The position numbers and the translations under genes are program-made. The notes below the pieces were generated by a model, which did no database searches, had not been told where the DNA came from, and worked only from the letters and a program-made list of their open reading frames with translations. Shown piece after piece: positions 11,314-21,252 of a stretch of DNA of 64,000 nucleotides; position 1 is the first letter of the stretch; each line of letters starts with the position of its first letter. Origin of the DNA: Bdellovibrionota bacterium (GTDB taxonomy: Bacteria; Bdellovibrionota_C; UBA2361; OMIW01); contig JBIIHQ010000004.1 in NCBI GenBank assembly GCA_044235645.1, positions 185,562 to 249,561 of the forward strand. Reading direction: 5' to 3'.

Positions 11314-11852
11314 CACGATTGATGAGATCCTTGATGGCACCGTTGACACACTCCTTCGATTCGAAGAAGTGAAGATGGGGGAAGATAAGAGCCCTTTTGA
11401 GTCATGAAAAAAACAAGAGGACTCAATAGCTCGATTGGTACCGTTGTTTCCTCCGCTTTTTCACAGGAAGGGCAGGTAATGATCACGTGTGAGTGCTCTT
11501 CGCACCCAATATGGGTGCAGAGGATATATCCTCCCGAGGGGTGAACCCGGTGAACGACCTGAATCTGTTCGAGGTCGGCGATAACTCGATAGATTGATAC
11601 TTTGCTAAGCGGTTGTTTGCCGCGAGGTAGTTCACCCAGCGCATCAAATAGCTCGGCGATGGTGGCAGGATTTCCCTGCTTTGCGAGAAAAGATATCACC
11701 GACCTCCGGGGGGCGGTAACCCGAAGGCCGTGCCGGGTTAGGATGGCAAGGCACCTATCGATGTAGTGGGCTACCGTCACGGCGGAACGGCAGTGTTCAT
11801 GCGATGTGGGAGAGATTGAGACTGGCTCGGCACCGGAAGGTTTTTTCTGCAT
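11310..11852 (-). CDS. Fur-family metalloregulator (Zur-like by context)
   Basis: Winged helix (GLRVTAPRRSVISFL) followed by HxH/CxxC metal sites (HIGCEEHSHVIITCPSCEKAEE...CQRCH). It is divergent from a His-rich TonB-dependent receptor. Confidence 0.78.
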   Translation of the reverse strand: MQKKPSGAEPVSISPTSHEHCRSAVTVAHYIDRCLAILTRHGLRVTAPRRSVISFLAKQGNPATIAELFDALGELPRGKQPLSKVSIYRVIADLEQIQVVHRVHPSGGYILCTHIGCEEHSHVIITCPSCEKAEETTVPIELLSPLVFFMTQKGSYLPPSSLLRIEGVCQRCHQGSHQSC

Positions 11853-11866
11853 AAGGAGGAGGGTCT

Positions 11867-11888
11867 AATTGTTATAAATATACATTAA
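11867..11888. promoter_or_regulatory. candidate Fur/Zur box in the divergent promoter region
   Basis: AT-rich near-palindrome AATTGTTATAAATATACATTAA, with TGTTATA and TATACA half-sites resembling Zur/Fur operators. It lies between the regulator and the receptor genes. Confidence 0.35.
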
Positions 11889-11960
11889 GATTGACCTGTA
11901 ACTTTGGTCGTGATACCAATGCACCACTCAAATAGCGCTTTGCAGCCTTAGATTCAACGC

Positions 11961-14189
11961 ATGGAGTGCGTCATGGTCGTTATTTATTGCAAAAGTATAA
12001 CAAATCAATTCAAGGCCACACAACCGCCCGGAGCAGCCAAGAATGTTTGCTTATTGCTACTCATTGGCAGCTTCCTTGGTATTCATTCCTCGAGCTCTCT
12101 CGCACAGGAGGGAGTAGGGGAATCGGAGAAAAAGGCAGGCGTAGCGGAGCTCCGAGAATCGGGCGACATTCCCACGATCGTCATAAAGGCAGACCCTCTT
12201 TCGCAGAGTCTCCTCGAATTCAGTCGGCCAGCAAGTGTTTTGCACGGAGAGCGGCTTCAAGAGCGTTTGCGCAGTACAGTGGGAGAAACGGTCGATCTGC
12301 AGCCAGGGGTTCGGAGCTCATTTTTTGGTCCAGGTGCAAGCCGTCCTGTGATCAGGGGATTCAGCGGCGAGCGGGTGAGGACGCTGCGCAATGGGGTGTC
12401 GACCGGTGATGTGTCGAGCTTGAGCGACGATCATGTTGTTGTTGCGGACCCGCTACAGGCCGAGCAGATAGAGATCCTACGAGGTCCCGAGACGCTGCTG
12501 TATGGAAGTTCAGCGATTGGTGGTGCGGTGAATGTGAACGATGGATCGATTGCTGAATCCTCTCTTGGAAGGCCTTTTGAAGGAGCCGTTTTGGGGCAAT
12601 TTGGAAATAGTGCAGACAATGAAAAATCAGAGGCGGTAAGGCTGAGGGGGGAGAGCGGCTCAGTCAACTGGTACGGGGGATTTTTTTCCAGAAGAACTAG
12701 CTCTTACGAAATTCCAGGGCTTGCGGAATCAGAGCAGCTGAGAGAGCGGGAGGAGTTGGCCGAGGGTGGTGAGCAGCTCGAAGATGAATCGCACAATGAA
12801 TATGAGGCTGGAGGGATTGTTTCGAACAGCGATTCTCAGACGTATGGCGGCACTATCGGGGCGTCGCATATTTTTGAAGAGGGCTTTGTTGGTCTCGCAC
12901 TGAGTGGATTTGATAGCGCATACGGTGTTCCGGGTCATGGGCATGGGCACGAGGATTCGAAAGATGAAGGGTCTAGTAGTGACGGCGAGGGGCATGGTTC
13001 TGATGATGTCAGAATTGATGCGAAGCAGCTTCGCGCTGACCTTCGAGGCCGATACGATTTCGATGCTTCAATTGAATCAATAAAATTTCGCGTTGGTGCA
13101 ACAGACTACGAACACACTGAATTTGAGGGAGGAGCGGTCGGCAACCTCTTTGAAAAGGACGGAATTGAGGGGCGCCTTGAATTTATTCATCAGCCCATAG
13201 GACCGGTGACGGGAGTCTTTGGAATTCATTCAATTTATGATGACTTCTCGGCCCAGGGAGAGGAGGCATTTATTCCTGCAACGAAGAGTAACACCGAGGC
13301 ATTATTCTTCTTCGAAAAAGTGCAACTAACTGAGCCGTTTTCCCTCCAGGGGGGAGGACGGTTTGAGTCGGTTTCTCATGATCCGATAACTGGCGACCCT
13401 TATAAAAGTAATCCCATGAGCATTTCGGGGGGATTCAGGTGGGAACTTGATACCGAGGGAGTATATTCAATCGGTTCGTCGCTGGATTATGCTGAGAGAG
13501 CGGCATCTCCGATTGAGCTCTATGCCGATGGTATTCATTATGCGCGACGAATCACGGAACGGGGTAACTCTGCTCTGTCAAAAGAGCGATCTACTGGCCT
13601 TGACCTCTCATTTCACAAGACTAAAGGAATGCTTACGGCATCAATAACTCCCTTCTATCAACGATTCGCCAGTTATTTCAACTTGCGGGGAGTGGGCGGG
13701 GCCGAGGAGGAATTTCCCCTATTTGTCTACGATGATACTGGAGCGACTTTTTGGGGGGGCGAGTTTTTGTCATCGCTTCATGTCGATCAGATTGTTCCGA
13801 TGTTCGGACATCGACTGACGCTCGATTTTCAGGGTGATTTAGTCCGCACGCGTGATCGAGACGGGGATAGCTACATTCCCCGAACACCGCCGTTGCGATA
13901 CATCCTTCGTGGTCGTTGGGAGCTTCCCGAAGCTGTTGAGATGATGGTTGAGGCGGTGCGTGTAGAAGCACAACGACGGTTGGCTGCCGGAGAGATCCCT
14001 ACTGATGGGTATTCTATGTTCAATACTGAGGTGAGTTATCGATGGGGGGATGAGCCACGATCATTGAGACTTTTTGTCCGAGGAACCAACCTTACTGATG
14101 AGGAAGCACGGGTGCACTCCTCTTTTCTAAAGGATCTTGCACCGCTGCGTGGACGATCATTGCTCTTCGGATTTCGGGGAATGTTCTAG
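11961..14189 (+). CDS. TonB-dependent outer-membrane receptor with a histidine-rich loop (ZnuD-like by context)
   Basis: Plug-domain motif IEILRGPETLLYGSSAIGGAVNV and a C-terminal beta-barrel ending in F. It contains an internal GHGHGHEDSKDEGSSSDGEGHGSDD stretch. Confidence 0.82.
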   Translation: MECVMVVIYCKSITNQFKATQPPGAAKNVCLLLLIGSFLGIHSSSSLAQEGVGESEKKAGVAELRESGDIPTIVIKADPLSQSLLEFSRPASVLHGERLQERLRSTVGETVDLQPGVRSSFFGPGASRPVIRGFSGERVRTLRNGVSTGDVSSLSDDHVVVADPLQAEQIEILRGPETLLYGSSAIGGAVNVNDGSIAESSLGRPFEGAVLGQFGNSADNEKSEAVRLRGESGSVNWYGGFFSRRTSSYEIPGLAESEQLREREELAEGGEQLEDESHNEYEAGGIVSNSDSQTYGGTIGASHIFEEGFVGLALSGFDSAYGVPGHGHGHEDSKDEGSSSDGEGHGSDDVRIDAKQLRADLRGRYDFDASIESIKFRVGATDYEHTEFEGGAVGNLFEKDGIEGRLEFIHQPIGPVTGVFGIHSIYDDFSAQGEEAFIPATKSNTEALFFFEKVQLTEPFSLQGGGRFESVSHDPITGDPYKSNPMSISGGFRWELDTEGVYSIGSSLDYAERAASPIELYADGIHYARRITERGNSALSKERSTGLDLSFHKTKGMLTASITPFYQRFASYFNLRGVGGAEEEFPLFVYDDTGATFWGGEFLSSLHVDQIVPMFGHRLTLDFQGDLVRTRDRDGDSYIPRTPPLRYILRGRWELPEAVEMMVEAVRVEAQRRLAAGEIPTDGYSMFNTEVSYRWGDEPRSLRLFVRGTNLTDEEARVHSSFLKDLAPLRGRSLLFGFRGMF

Positions 14190-14230
14190 CCTTACAACGC
14201 CTCACTTTGGTTGAAGGACGTAAGGGGTTA

Positions 14231-15622
14231 TCACCCTCTTGATATGAACAAACCGATCGTTTCGACGTGCTCAGTGTGGGGGAACATATCGGCAACCCGG
14301 ACCCTTGAAAGTACAAATCCTCTTTGTGCGAGAATCGCCGCATCAGATGCAAATGTTATCGGGTTACACGAAACGTAAAGGATCCTTTGAGGCGAGAACC
14401 TATCGATCTGGCGGAGAAAAGAGGCAGCTCCACTCCGGGGCGGGTCTAGCAGAATACCGTCGTAATCGAGCTGAGCCCAAGATTCATCCGAAATATCGGC
14501 TTCTAGATTAGCTGAGTAAAATTTCGCATTATCAATCTTGTTGAGAAACGCATTCTGTTCAGCCCGATTGGTCATTACGCTACTGCCCTCGACACCTGTG
14601 ACCGCGCGGGCGTATCTGGCAAGCGGGAGGGAGAAATTTCCGAGCCCACAAAAAAGGTCGAGAAAGGTTTCGCTCTTACACGGCTGCATCCATTCAAGGG
14701 CTGCCGCGACGAGCTTCTTATTGAGTCGACCGTGAGGCTGAATAAAATCGGTTGGGGCAAAACGGAGGGTGAGGTCAAATTGCTCCAACGAGTAGGAAAG
14801 GGGTGCAGGTGGGGTCGGGGTAGTGAGAGGAGAGCAGAGTAGTTGAATGGTTTCTGGCCCCCCTGATTGAACGTAGAGGAAAATCCCTGAGTTTAGCGCA
14901 AACGTGCGAAGTTTATTTTCATCAGTGTCATCAAGACGAGTAAGGTGTCGGAGTATCAGGGCAGCTCCCTCCTCACCTACGGCAAGTTCGAGTTGAGGGA
15001 TTGATGCCCGGACTGACAGAGAACCAAGAAGGGCTCTCAGAGGAGTGATGAGGGTATCAAATGGGGGCGCGAGAATCGCGCACTCGGTGACATCCGCGAT
15101 AAATCTTCCAAAGCGATTTTTGAACCCGATAAACTGAGTGCTCGATTTTGCATCCCAGCGAGCACGTAATCTCGCCTTGCGCCGGTATTGCTCGGTTTCT
15201 CCTTGAAGGGGGGGATCCCATTCGGCTGAATATGCGAGATCGCCCACTAAGTCCCGAACTAATCTCTCCTTGAATTCTATCTGCCAATTCGCCTTGGCGT
15301 GCATAAATGTGCATCCGCTACAGTGAGGGAATGCAGAACACGGACTAGCCTGGCGATAGGGGGAGGATTGAATGAGGCGAAAATCGGGGATGGGAGTGAT
15401 CCCCCTCGTAGTCGAGCTAACCTGGGGCCTGAACACTTGGTCCTCGACAGCAGAGACTCGTTCGGCAATTTGATGAGAGACAGTCGGCTTGGAGCCGCCC
15501 TTAAGAGGTTCGACTATATCCCCAGGGAGCGAGAATGGAACCGCGATGGCCCCTGTGTGAGGCTCACCGATCCCCCAACCGATGCCGTGAACGGAAATGT
15601 CTGTTACTGAAATGCGGCTCAT
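14231..15622 (-). CDS. 23S rRNA (uracil-C5)-methyltransferase, RlmD/RumA family
   Basis: N-terminal TRAM-like region, a 4Fe-4S Cys cluster (CSAFPHCSGC), SAM-binding motifs FLDLFCGLGNFSLPLA and DPPRSG, and the catalytic motif SCNPITFA. Confidence 0.8.
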   Translation of the reverse strand: MSRISVTDISVHGIGWGIGEPHTGAIAVPFSLPGDIVEPLKGGSKPTVSHQIAERVSAVEDQVFRPQVSSTTRGITPIPDFRLIQSSPYRQASPCSAFPHCSGCTFMHAKANWQIEFKERLVRDLVGDLAYSAEWDPPLQGETEQYRRKARLRARWDAKSSTQFIGFKNRFGRFIADVTECAILAPPFDTLITPLRALLGSLSVRASIPQLELAVGEEGAALILRHLTRLDDTDENKLRTFALNSGIFLYVQSGGPETIQLLCSPLTTPTPPAPLSYSLEQFDLTLRFAPTDFIQPHGRLNKKLVAAALEWMQPCKSETFLDLFCGLGNFSLPLARYARAVTGVEGSSVMTNRAEQNAFLNKIDNAKFYSANLEADISDESWAQLDYDGILLDPPRSGAASFLRQIDRFSPQRILYVSCNPITFASDAAILAQRGFVLSRVRVADMFPHTEHVETIGLFISRG

Positions 15623-15694
15623 GACCGTGAGGATAGCCGATTTTTTGGTGAGGTGCGAGATGGTGTGGCTGCAAGTTCGTTGCGCTCATCAGAA

Positions 15695-16789
15695 TCAGGG
15701 TAACATCAGGAGATCGCAGATGTACCGATAGCTTCGATACATGAAAATGAGAGGAAATCCGAGGAATAGAGCGGAGCCGAGCAGCCCGGCGAGAATTTCC
15801 GCTCTCCTCTCGCGCTGACGCTGGGTGATGAGAGCCATCATTTCAGCCTGCTGCATTCGACGGGATATCGCAATCTTTGAGGACTCCCTCCGTTCGAGAT
15901 GATGTATGTGGGTAGATGGACTGTGAGATGCGGAGTGGGAATCGAAGCGAATCGTTTGCTGCTCTTTGAGCATTTTGAGTGCAAGATTAGCCGACTGAAT
16001 TCTCTCCCGAGGACTTTTTGTTAACAGCTTCATTGTGAGATGGGATAGCCACTGCGGAGTGTCGGTCCGAATGGTTGAGGGGGGAGGCACATGCTGCTCC
16101 ACGTGCGCAAGGAGAAGTTTGCCAGGATTTGAGACGTCGAAAGGCAGTCTTCCGCAGATCATTTTGTACAGGAGGCATCCCGCGCTGTAGAGATCTGCGA
16201 GGTGAGTGACCGGATGCCCCAGGATAAGCTCCGGAGCAAGGTATTCAAGAGTGCCCAAAACCGCCCCATGCTGGGTAAGTTGACTCATCTCTGACTGCTG
16301 GTATCGAGCAATTCCGAAGTCAGTTATTTTTACGACATCACCCGGAAGGATAATTATATTGCTCGGTTTAAGATCACGGTGAACGATATCAAGGGAGTGG
16401 ATAGCATCAAGCCCCTCGAATATTTGAACTGCAAGATGAGAGATTCGCTCGATAGGAAGGGGATTTTGTGGGTCGATCAGGACATCCAGAGAATGTCCAT
16501 TAAGATACTCCATAGAAAAAAATATCAGTTCATCATCTTGTCCTACATCAAATGTTCGTGCGATCGAGGGATGATTTATTTTGTTCATCACCTCAACTTC
16601 ACGAAAAAAACGCTTTATTATGTCGTCGCTGTTCGAATGGCCCTTTATGAGAACTTTGAGTGCTACCGAGTTGTTTCCGAGGAGGGTATCGTGGGCGAGA
16701 TAGACAACCCCCATCCCCCCCTCTCCAAGTGGACGGACAACTTGGTACCGATTGTTAACAAGTTCACCAGGCTTTAGTATATTTCTCAT
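15695..16789 (-). CDS. Ser/Thr protein kinase with a C-terminal transmembrane anchor
   Basis: Hanks-type kinase motifs VALKVL, HRDLKPSNII, DFG and GTLEYLAPE, followed by a C-terminal hydrophobic helix LGSALFLGFPLIFMY. Confidence 0.88.
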   Translation of the reverse strand: MRNILKPGELVNNRYQVVRPLGEGGMGVVYLAHDTLLGNNSVALKVLIKGHSNSDDIIKRFFREVEVMNKINHPSIARTFDVGQDDELIFFSMEYLNGHSLDVLIDPQNPLPIERISHLAVQIFEGLDAIHSLDIVHRDLKPSNIIILPGDVVKITDFGIARYQQSEMSQLTQHGAVLGTLEYLAPELILGHPVTHLADLYSAGCLLYKMICGRLPFDVSNPGKLLLAHVEQHVPPPSTIRTDTPQWLSHLTMKLLTKSPRERIQSANLALKMLKEQQTIRFDSHSASHSPSTHIHHLERRESSKIAISRRMQQAEMMALITQRQRERRAEILAGLLGSALFLGFPLIFMYRSYRYICDLLMLP

Positions 16790-16874
16790 CTATGGATCTC
16801 CCGAACGAGGGTGACCTTTGGTCTGGGTCACTTCGCATCGCCCCCCAGCAATGTACCTTTGGTAGCTCCTTCCC

Positions 16875-18020
16875 TCAAACCTTACCCATCAGAATACGCT
16901 CCTTGGTCAAGAGACGTGATAAGTCGCGAGGAGTGGATTGCACTTCTTCCGAAATCGTAAAACCAACAGAAAAGAGTTCTGAGGCGCGAGCTCGAAGAGA
17001 TGAATCTTGCTCATTCTCGCCCACTGAGGGCAGTAGCTCGCGACCAGAGGAGAACAGGTCCGCAATCAGACGGGCAGATTCAGGTCCGAAAATTCGAGAT
17101 AGAAAATAGCCATACACCGCATAGCGGACCGCCAACTCGGAGGGAGATAGGGAGGATTGAGCTGGTTTCAGTGTATTCGCAACAAGCTGATGGGCGTACT
17201 GCTCTGCAGCAGTCCTGAGCAGGATAACATAGCAAAAGGTGAGGGGTGACAACTCGAATGCATCTATCTCGGCTGATGACAGAGGATCTCGAATTTTAAG
17301 AGAACTAAGTTTTTCTCTCGCCAGTGAGAGCCTAAAAAGATTTTTCTCACCTTTTACGATGAGAGGTACTGTTTCTCCAATGAGGGGAATAGATACTCCG
17401 CCTGTTACGGTTATTGCATGGGGAGTTCCCCCTTCTTCGATAGCCCTCATCAGGATATCAAAACCCAAATTGAGGGATTCCCTCGGCTTGGCTCTCGCAT
17501 TGGGCAGGGGGACTACGACTGTATCGAGAGCAAGCACGGGAACATTGTCGTAAGAAATGGCCTGCTCCTCTGAAAGCTGCCGTTCTCGGGTCGAATGAGC
17601 CACTGGAGATATGTTGATTTTTCCTCCCCGAAGAATACCACCGCTAGGGTCGGTGCTACTTGATGAGATAAGAAAGGCGTCTGCTGATGCTTGAAAAGTC
17701 GCAAATTCTCCTCCGGCAAGGGTGGACTCACGGGTGAACAAAAGGGTTGGCTGAGATATCTTAACGGTCAGAGGAGTAGGCCCCCGGCCACCAAAGAGAA
17801 GATTCCCAACCTCTAGTGAGTTGAAGGACGCCGATAAAAGCGATAAATTTCTCCACGATTGGGGTTGAGCAAGATAGGTTATCAATTGCTCGCGACACTT
17901 CGACTCGACGAGCGTGGGCACGCTATAAAAGAACGCGATACACGCTATCGCCCCGATCAAGCAGGTTGTTGCGAAAATACGCAGCACAAGGGATCTCCTC
18001 AGCAGTCTCTCAGCCCTCAC
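16875..18020 (-). CDS. hypothetical membrane-anchored protein (381 aa)
   Basis: Single N-terminal transmembrane helix (IFATTCLIGAIACIAFFYSV) and no recognisable domain. It sits between the MoxR and kinase genes on the same strand. Confidence 0.45.
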   Translation of the reverse strand: MRAERLLRRSLVLRIFATTCLIGAIACIAFFYSVPTLVESKCREQLITYLAQPQSWRNLSLLSASFNSLEVGNLLFGGRGPTPLTVKISQPTLLFTRESTLAGGEFATFQASADAFLISSSSTDPSGGILRGGKINISPVAHSTRERQLSEEQAISYDNVPVLALDTVVVPLPNARAKPRESLNLGFDILMRAIEEGGTPHAITVTGGVSIPLIGETVPLIVKGEKNLFRLSLAREKLSSLKIRDPLSSAEIDAFELSPLTFCYVILLRTAAEQYAHQLVANTLKPAQSSLSPSELAVRYAVYGYFLSRIFGPESARLIADLFSSGRELLPSVGENEQDSSLRARASELFSVGFTISEEVQSTPRDLSRLLTKERILMGKV

Positions 18021-18224
18021 AGAGAGGCTGGCTTAGAGGGATTTGGGCCAATCTGTTGAAGACAGGGTAGGTATCGGCAAGGGAGGTAGCAAAACCTTAG
18101 CCCTATTACTCAGCAAGGCTCAGACTACCGTTCACTCGGGGTGCGGGCGGCAGAACCACATGAAAATGTTCGGTGTTATTGAGGGACATGCAAAGATGCT
18201 GAAATACAAAGACCAAGTAATTCA

Positions 18225-19202
18225 TCATCTTATGACCTGAGATGCTATTAGCTTCTCGAGAATTGGTAGCATTAGTCGCTCAAGAACAGAGCTGGGGTCT
18301 TGAGGTCCAGGATGAAACTTCATGCGATGGAGGAGAACGGGACGGTAGAGAGCCTTGAGGTCATCCTCCGTCACATAGTCTCGATCATGAACGACCGCCC
18401 ACGCCTGAGCCGCAGATTGCAGCATCAGTGCGGCTCGGGTTGAGGCACCGAATTGTATCGCAGGAGATGTTCGCGTTGCCTGCACCATACTAATGATGCA
18501 ATGCCGAATCGCCGGCGAAATATGGACTGTTTGTGTCTCACGGCGAGCGGCTAAAATAGCACTACGCGTGACTATGGGACTGAGAGTCTCAAGTTCATGG
18601 TGGATGCTCACAGCATCCCGAAGGATCTCCTCTTCATAGGATGGGGAAACATAGGGCATCGGTATCTTCATGAGGAATCGATCGAGCTGTACGATTGGGA
18701 GAGGATAGGTTCCAGCGATATCAAGAGGGTTTTGCGTGCCAAGGACAAAAAAGAGGTCATCGATGGGGCGAGTGACATTATCGATAGTCACCTGTTTTTC
18801 TGCCATACACTCGAGGAAGGCAGCTTGTACCTTCGGTCCTGTTCTATTTATCTCATCTGCGAGGACGATGTGAGCAAAGATGGGTCCATGCTGAAATCTA
18901 AAGTTTCCGGATTGGGGCTCAAAAACGGTAACGCCGAGGACATCTCCTGGGAGTAGGTCGGGTGTAAACTGGATTCGGCGGAAGGGAAGACAATCTTGAT
19001 TACTCCCTTCATCCGCTGCAATGAGTCGTCCAAGGGTTTTTGCAAGCGTAGTCTTGCCCGAGCCGGGATAGTCCTCAAGAAGGGCATGACCATCGGCTAA
19101 AATAGCTGCGACGACGAGGGCAATTGTGTCATCACGACCCCGAATCACCTTACTGAGTGAGGTTCGTAATGTTGAGGCGACAGTGAAAGCTTCCTGAACC
19201 AT
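18225..19202 (-). CDS. MoxR-family AAA+ ATPase
   Basis: Walker A YPGSGKTTLAKTLG, Walker B ILADEINR and the GTQNP...LDRF MoxR signature. The start was refined to MVQEAF, which has an AGGAG RBS; the ORF is open to 19289. Confidence 0.88.
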   Translation of the reverse strand: MVQEAFTVASTLRTSLSKVIRGRDDTIALVVAAILADGHALLEDYPGSGKTTLAKTLGRLIAADEGSNQDCLPFRRIQFTPDLLPGDVLGVTVFEPQSGNFRFQHGPIFAHIVLADEINRTGPKVQAAFLECMAEKQVTIDNVTRPIDDLFFVLGTQNPLDIAGTYPLPIVQLDRFLMKIPMPYVSPSYEEEILRDAVSIHHELETLSPIVTRSAILAARRETQTVHISPAIRHCIISMVQATRTSPAIQFGASTRAALMLQSAAQAWAVVHDRDYVTEDDLKALYRPVLLHRMKFHPGPQDPSSVLERLMLPILEKLIASQVIR

Positions 19203-19239
19203 GGATTTGGTGCTCCTATGTTCGAAATTTTGGCATCCA

Positions 19240-21252
19240 TTAACCGTTTTTTCGGTCACTCGACAACGAAGCAGAAAAAACCGCCTCATTTAGATTATTT
19301 ACGAGCGCGATTGATGAATTACCACGCGCCGTTAGCCGCCTCGATACTCCAGATGTGGGAGTATACACTAGTGATATTTCTCTGTCCTGACTACCACTTA
19401 CTTGCACCGAAAAAGGACTCTTCATCCCCTTAGCGAGTTCAAAACCACCCTGCTCAAGGGTGCGAATGAGCCCTGTATCAATACCTGAGACTATGACGGG
19501 TAGGGAGATTCCGGCATTGCGCAGAGCCGGGGGAGAGATCACGAAGATTGCTTCCACAAGCTCTATGAACCTAGCGGAGGAGGAGGAATGTCGAGATGCT
19601 AGCAATGTTAAGATATGGAGCCTGAGTCCGTCGTCGTATTTAGCCCGACAACCTCGAAGGGCGTCCTCAAGATTGGCGATTCCCTGGGAAGACGCCCCAT
19701 TTTTTAACTGATTCTCACCAAGGTAGGCGGTGTAGTATACCTGCGCTATGGAGCGTGTATCACGCTTTTGCTCGTCAGATAGTCGTCGCTCAAAAGGAAC
19801 CTTGGGAATGTAAGACAGTACCTCCCCAAATGTGCTGTATTCGATTAAACTGTCGGTATTCCTCACTGTCAGGTCTTCAATATTTCGAAGCCGTTCTGCA
19901 AGGAGTCGAGCTGCCTTCCGATAAAGCCACCAACTAGTCATCTGAGCTCTCAGAATCGTAGCCCTGTCGCGAATCGATTCGAGAATGCTCTCAGCAACAT
20001 GGACTGATAGACGATTGGCTAGTGCTCTCCAGGACTGCGCTTCTGTGATAATAATGCCAATCTCAAGGTCGTCCTGATTTGTCCCGATTTTGCCGAACCA
20101 TTGAATATATTCATAGGCATCGCTTAACCGGGATAACGCTTCGAGAGGTTTTCCGAGATGAAGATCAAATCGCCCCCGAGCAAGGCCGACAAGAGCTCGG
20201 TGCTCTTCATCGCTTCGGAGCGAGTATTGAGCGACACACGACAGGAACGATGAAATCGAATCATTTGCTTCCGTAACCTTGAGTTGTTCTAGGTAGAGGA
20301 GAGCTAGGTTGAGACTGGGCAGGACATGTTCGCAGCCGTCATGATACGACTTCGCTTTGATCCATGATGCCTCGGCTTTATCGTCCTCGAACAATTCCTC
20401 ATAAACCTCCCCCATGTTATTTACTGGCGTCGCAGGTTGTCCCTGTCTCCCGAGACTTGTCTCAATCGCGGAGGCTTTTTTTAATGCTTCGATTGCTGGC
20501 TCGGGTTGACCGTTCATCGAGAGAAGTATCCCGAGCATATTGAGGGTTCGTGCCGGCTCAGCCCGCATGAGAAGTCCAATGCGCGCCTCTCGAATCGCCT
20601 CCTCGAGTCGACCAAGCTTCATCAAGACCCAGGCTCGAGAACCGGCATAGGAAGGGGTGAGATATCCCCGTGATTGGATCTCATCGAGAACGGCAAGCGA
20701 GCCTGAGTAGTCATCGAGATTAAGTCGAGCCTGAGAGAGAAGGTAAAGAATCTGTGCATGTCGGGATTCAATAGCGGGATTAAGATAAGGGGGACTTCCA
20801 TTTTGCTCTCGGAAGAGACGCTCGGCCGCTTTGATATACTTCATTGCCAGGCGAAAGTGTGACACGTGAGCAAGGTAGTAATAGCTCAGACTCACATAAG
20901 CAGGGTAGTAGGAGGGATCCTTCTTTAGGGCGTTCAGCAGCTTTGTGCGTGCCTCGAGAAGGTGGCTATCGTCGGAGAGAAGGGATTCAGCCTCCTCCGT
21001 TAACTCTTCCGCTGTCTCATCGGACGGTGCTATCTCCGAGGGGTCTTCGACGTTGTTACCCCATGGATCGGATACATCAGGCAGAAGGGGTTGTGCGGAC
21101 GATGATGCAAGTAGGCAGACGGTCAGGCCGAGGGGGATCGCCACTACAGCGAGGGATCGATGGAGAGGCGATGGCTCATTTTTTTTAAGGTAGCCGGTCT
21201 GAGAATTTACCCGACTCAGTGAGAGATGTGGAGAAAATTTAACCGGTTTCAT
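19240..21252 (-). CDS. secreted/periplasmic TPR-repeat protein
   Basis: Signal peptide followed by multiple TPR-like repeats. The start ATG overlaps the stop codon of the upstream transglutaminase gene (ATGA), which suggests translational coupling. Confidence 0.65.
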   Translation of the reverse strand: MKPVKFSPHLSLSRVNSQTGYLKKNEPSPLHRSLAVVAIPLGLTVCLLASSSAQPLLPDVSDPWGNNVEDPSEIAPSDETAEELTEEAESLLSDDSHLLEARTKLLNALKKDPSYYPAYVSLSYYYLAHVSHFRLAMKYIKAAERLFREQNGSPPYLNPAIESRHAQILYLLSQARLNLDDYSGSLAVLDEIQSRGYLTPSYAGSRAWVLMKLGRLEEAIREARIGLLMRAEPARTLNMLGILLSMNGQPEPAIEALKKASAIETSLGRQGQPATPVNNMGEVYEELFEDDKAEASWIKAKSYHDGCEHVLPSLNLALLYLEQLKVTEANDSISSFLSCVAQYSLRSDEEHRALVGLARGRFDLHLGKPLEALSRLSDAYEYIQWFGKIGTNQDDLEIGIIITEAQSWRALANRLSVHVAESILESIRDRATILRAQMTSWWLYRKAARLLAERLRNIEDLTVRNTDSLIEYSTFGEVLSYIPKVPFERRLSDEQKRDTRSIAQVYYTAYLGENQLKNGASSQGIANLEDALRGCRAKYDDGLRLHILTLLASRHSSSSARFIELVEAIFVISPPALRNAGISLPVIVSGIDTGLIRTLEQGGFELAKGMKSPFSVQVSGSQDREISLVYTPTSGVSRRLTARGNSSIALVNNLNEAVFSASLSSDRKNG

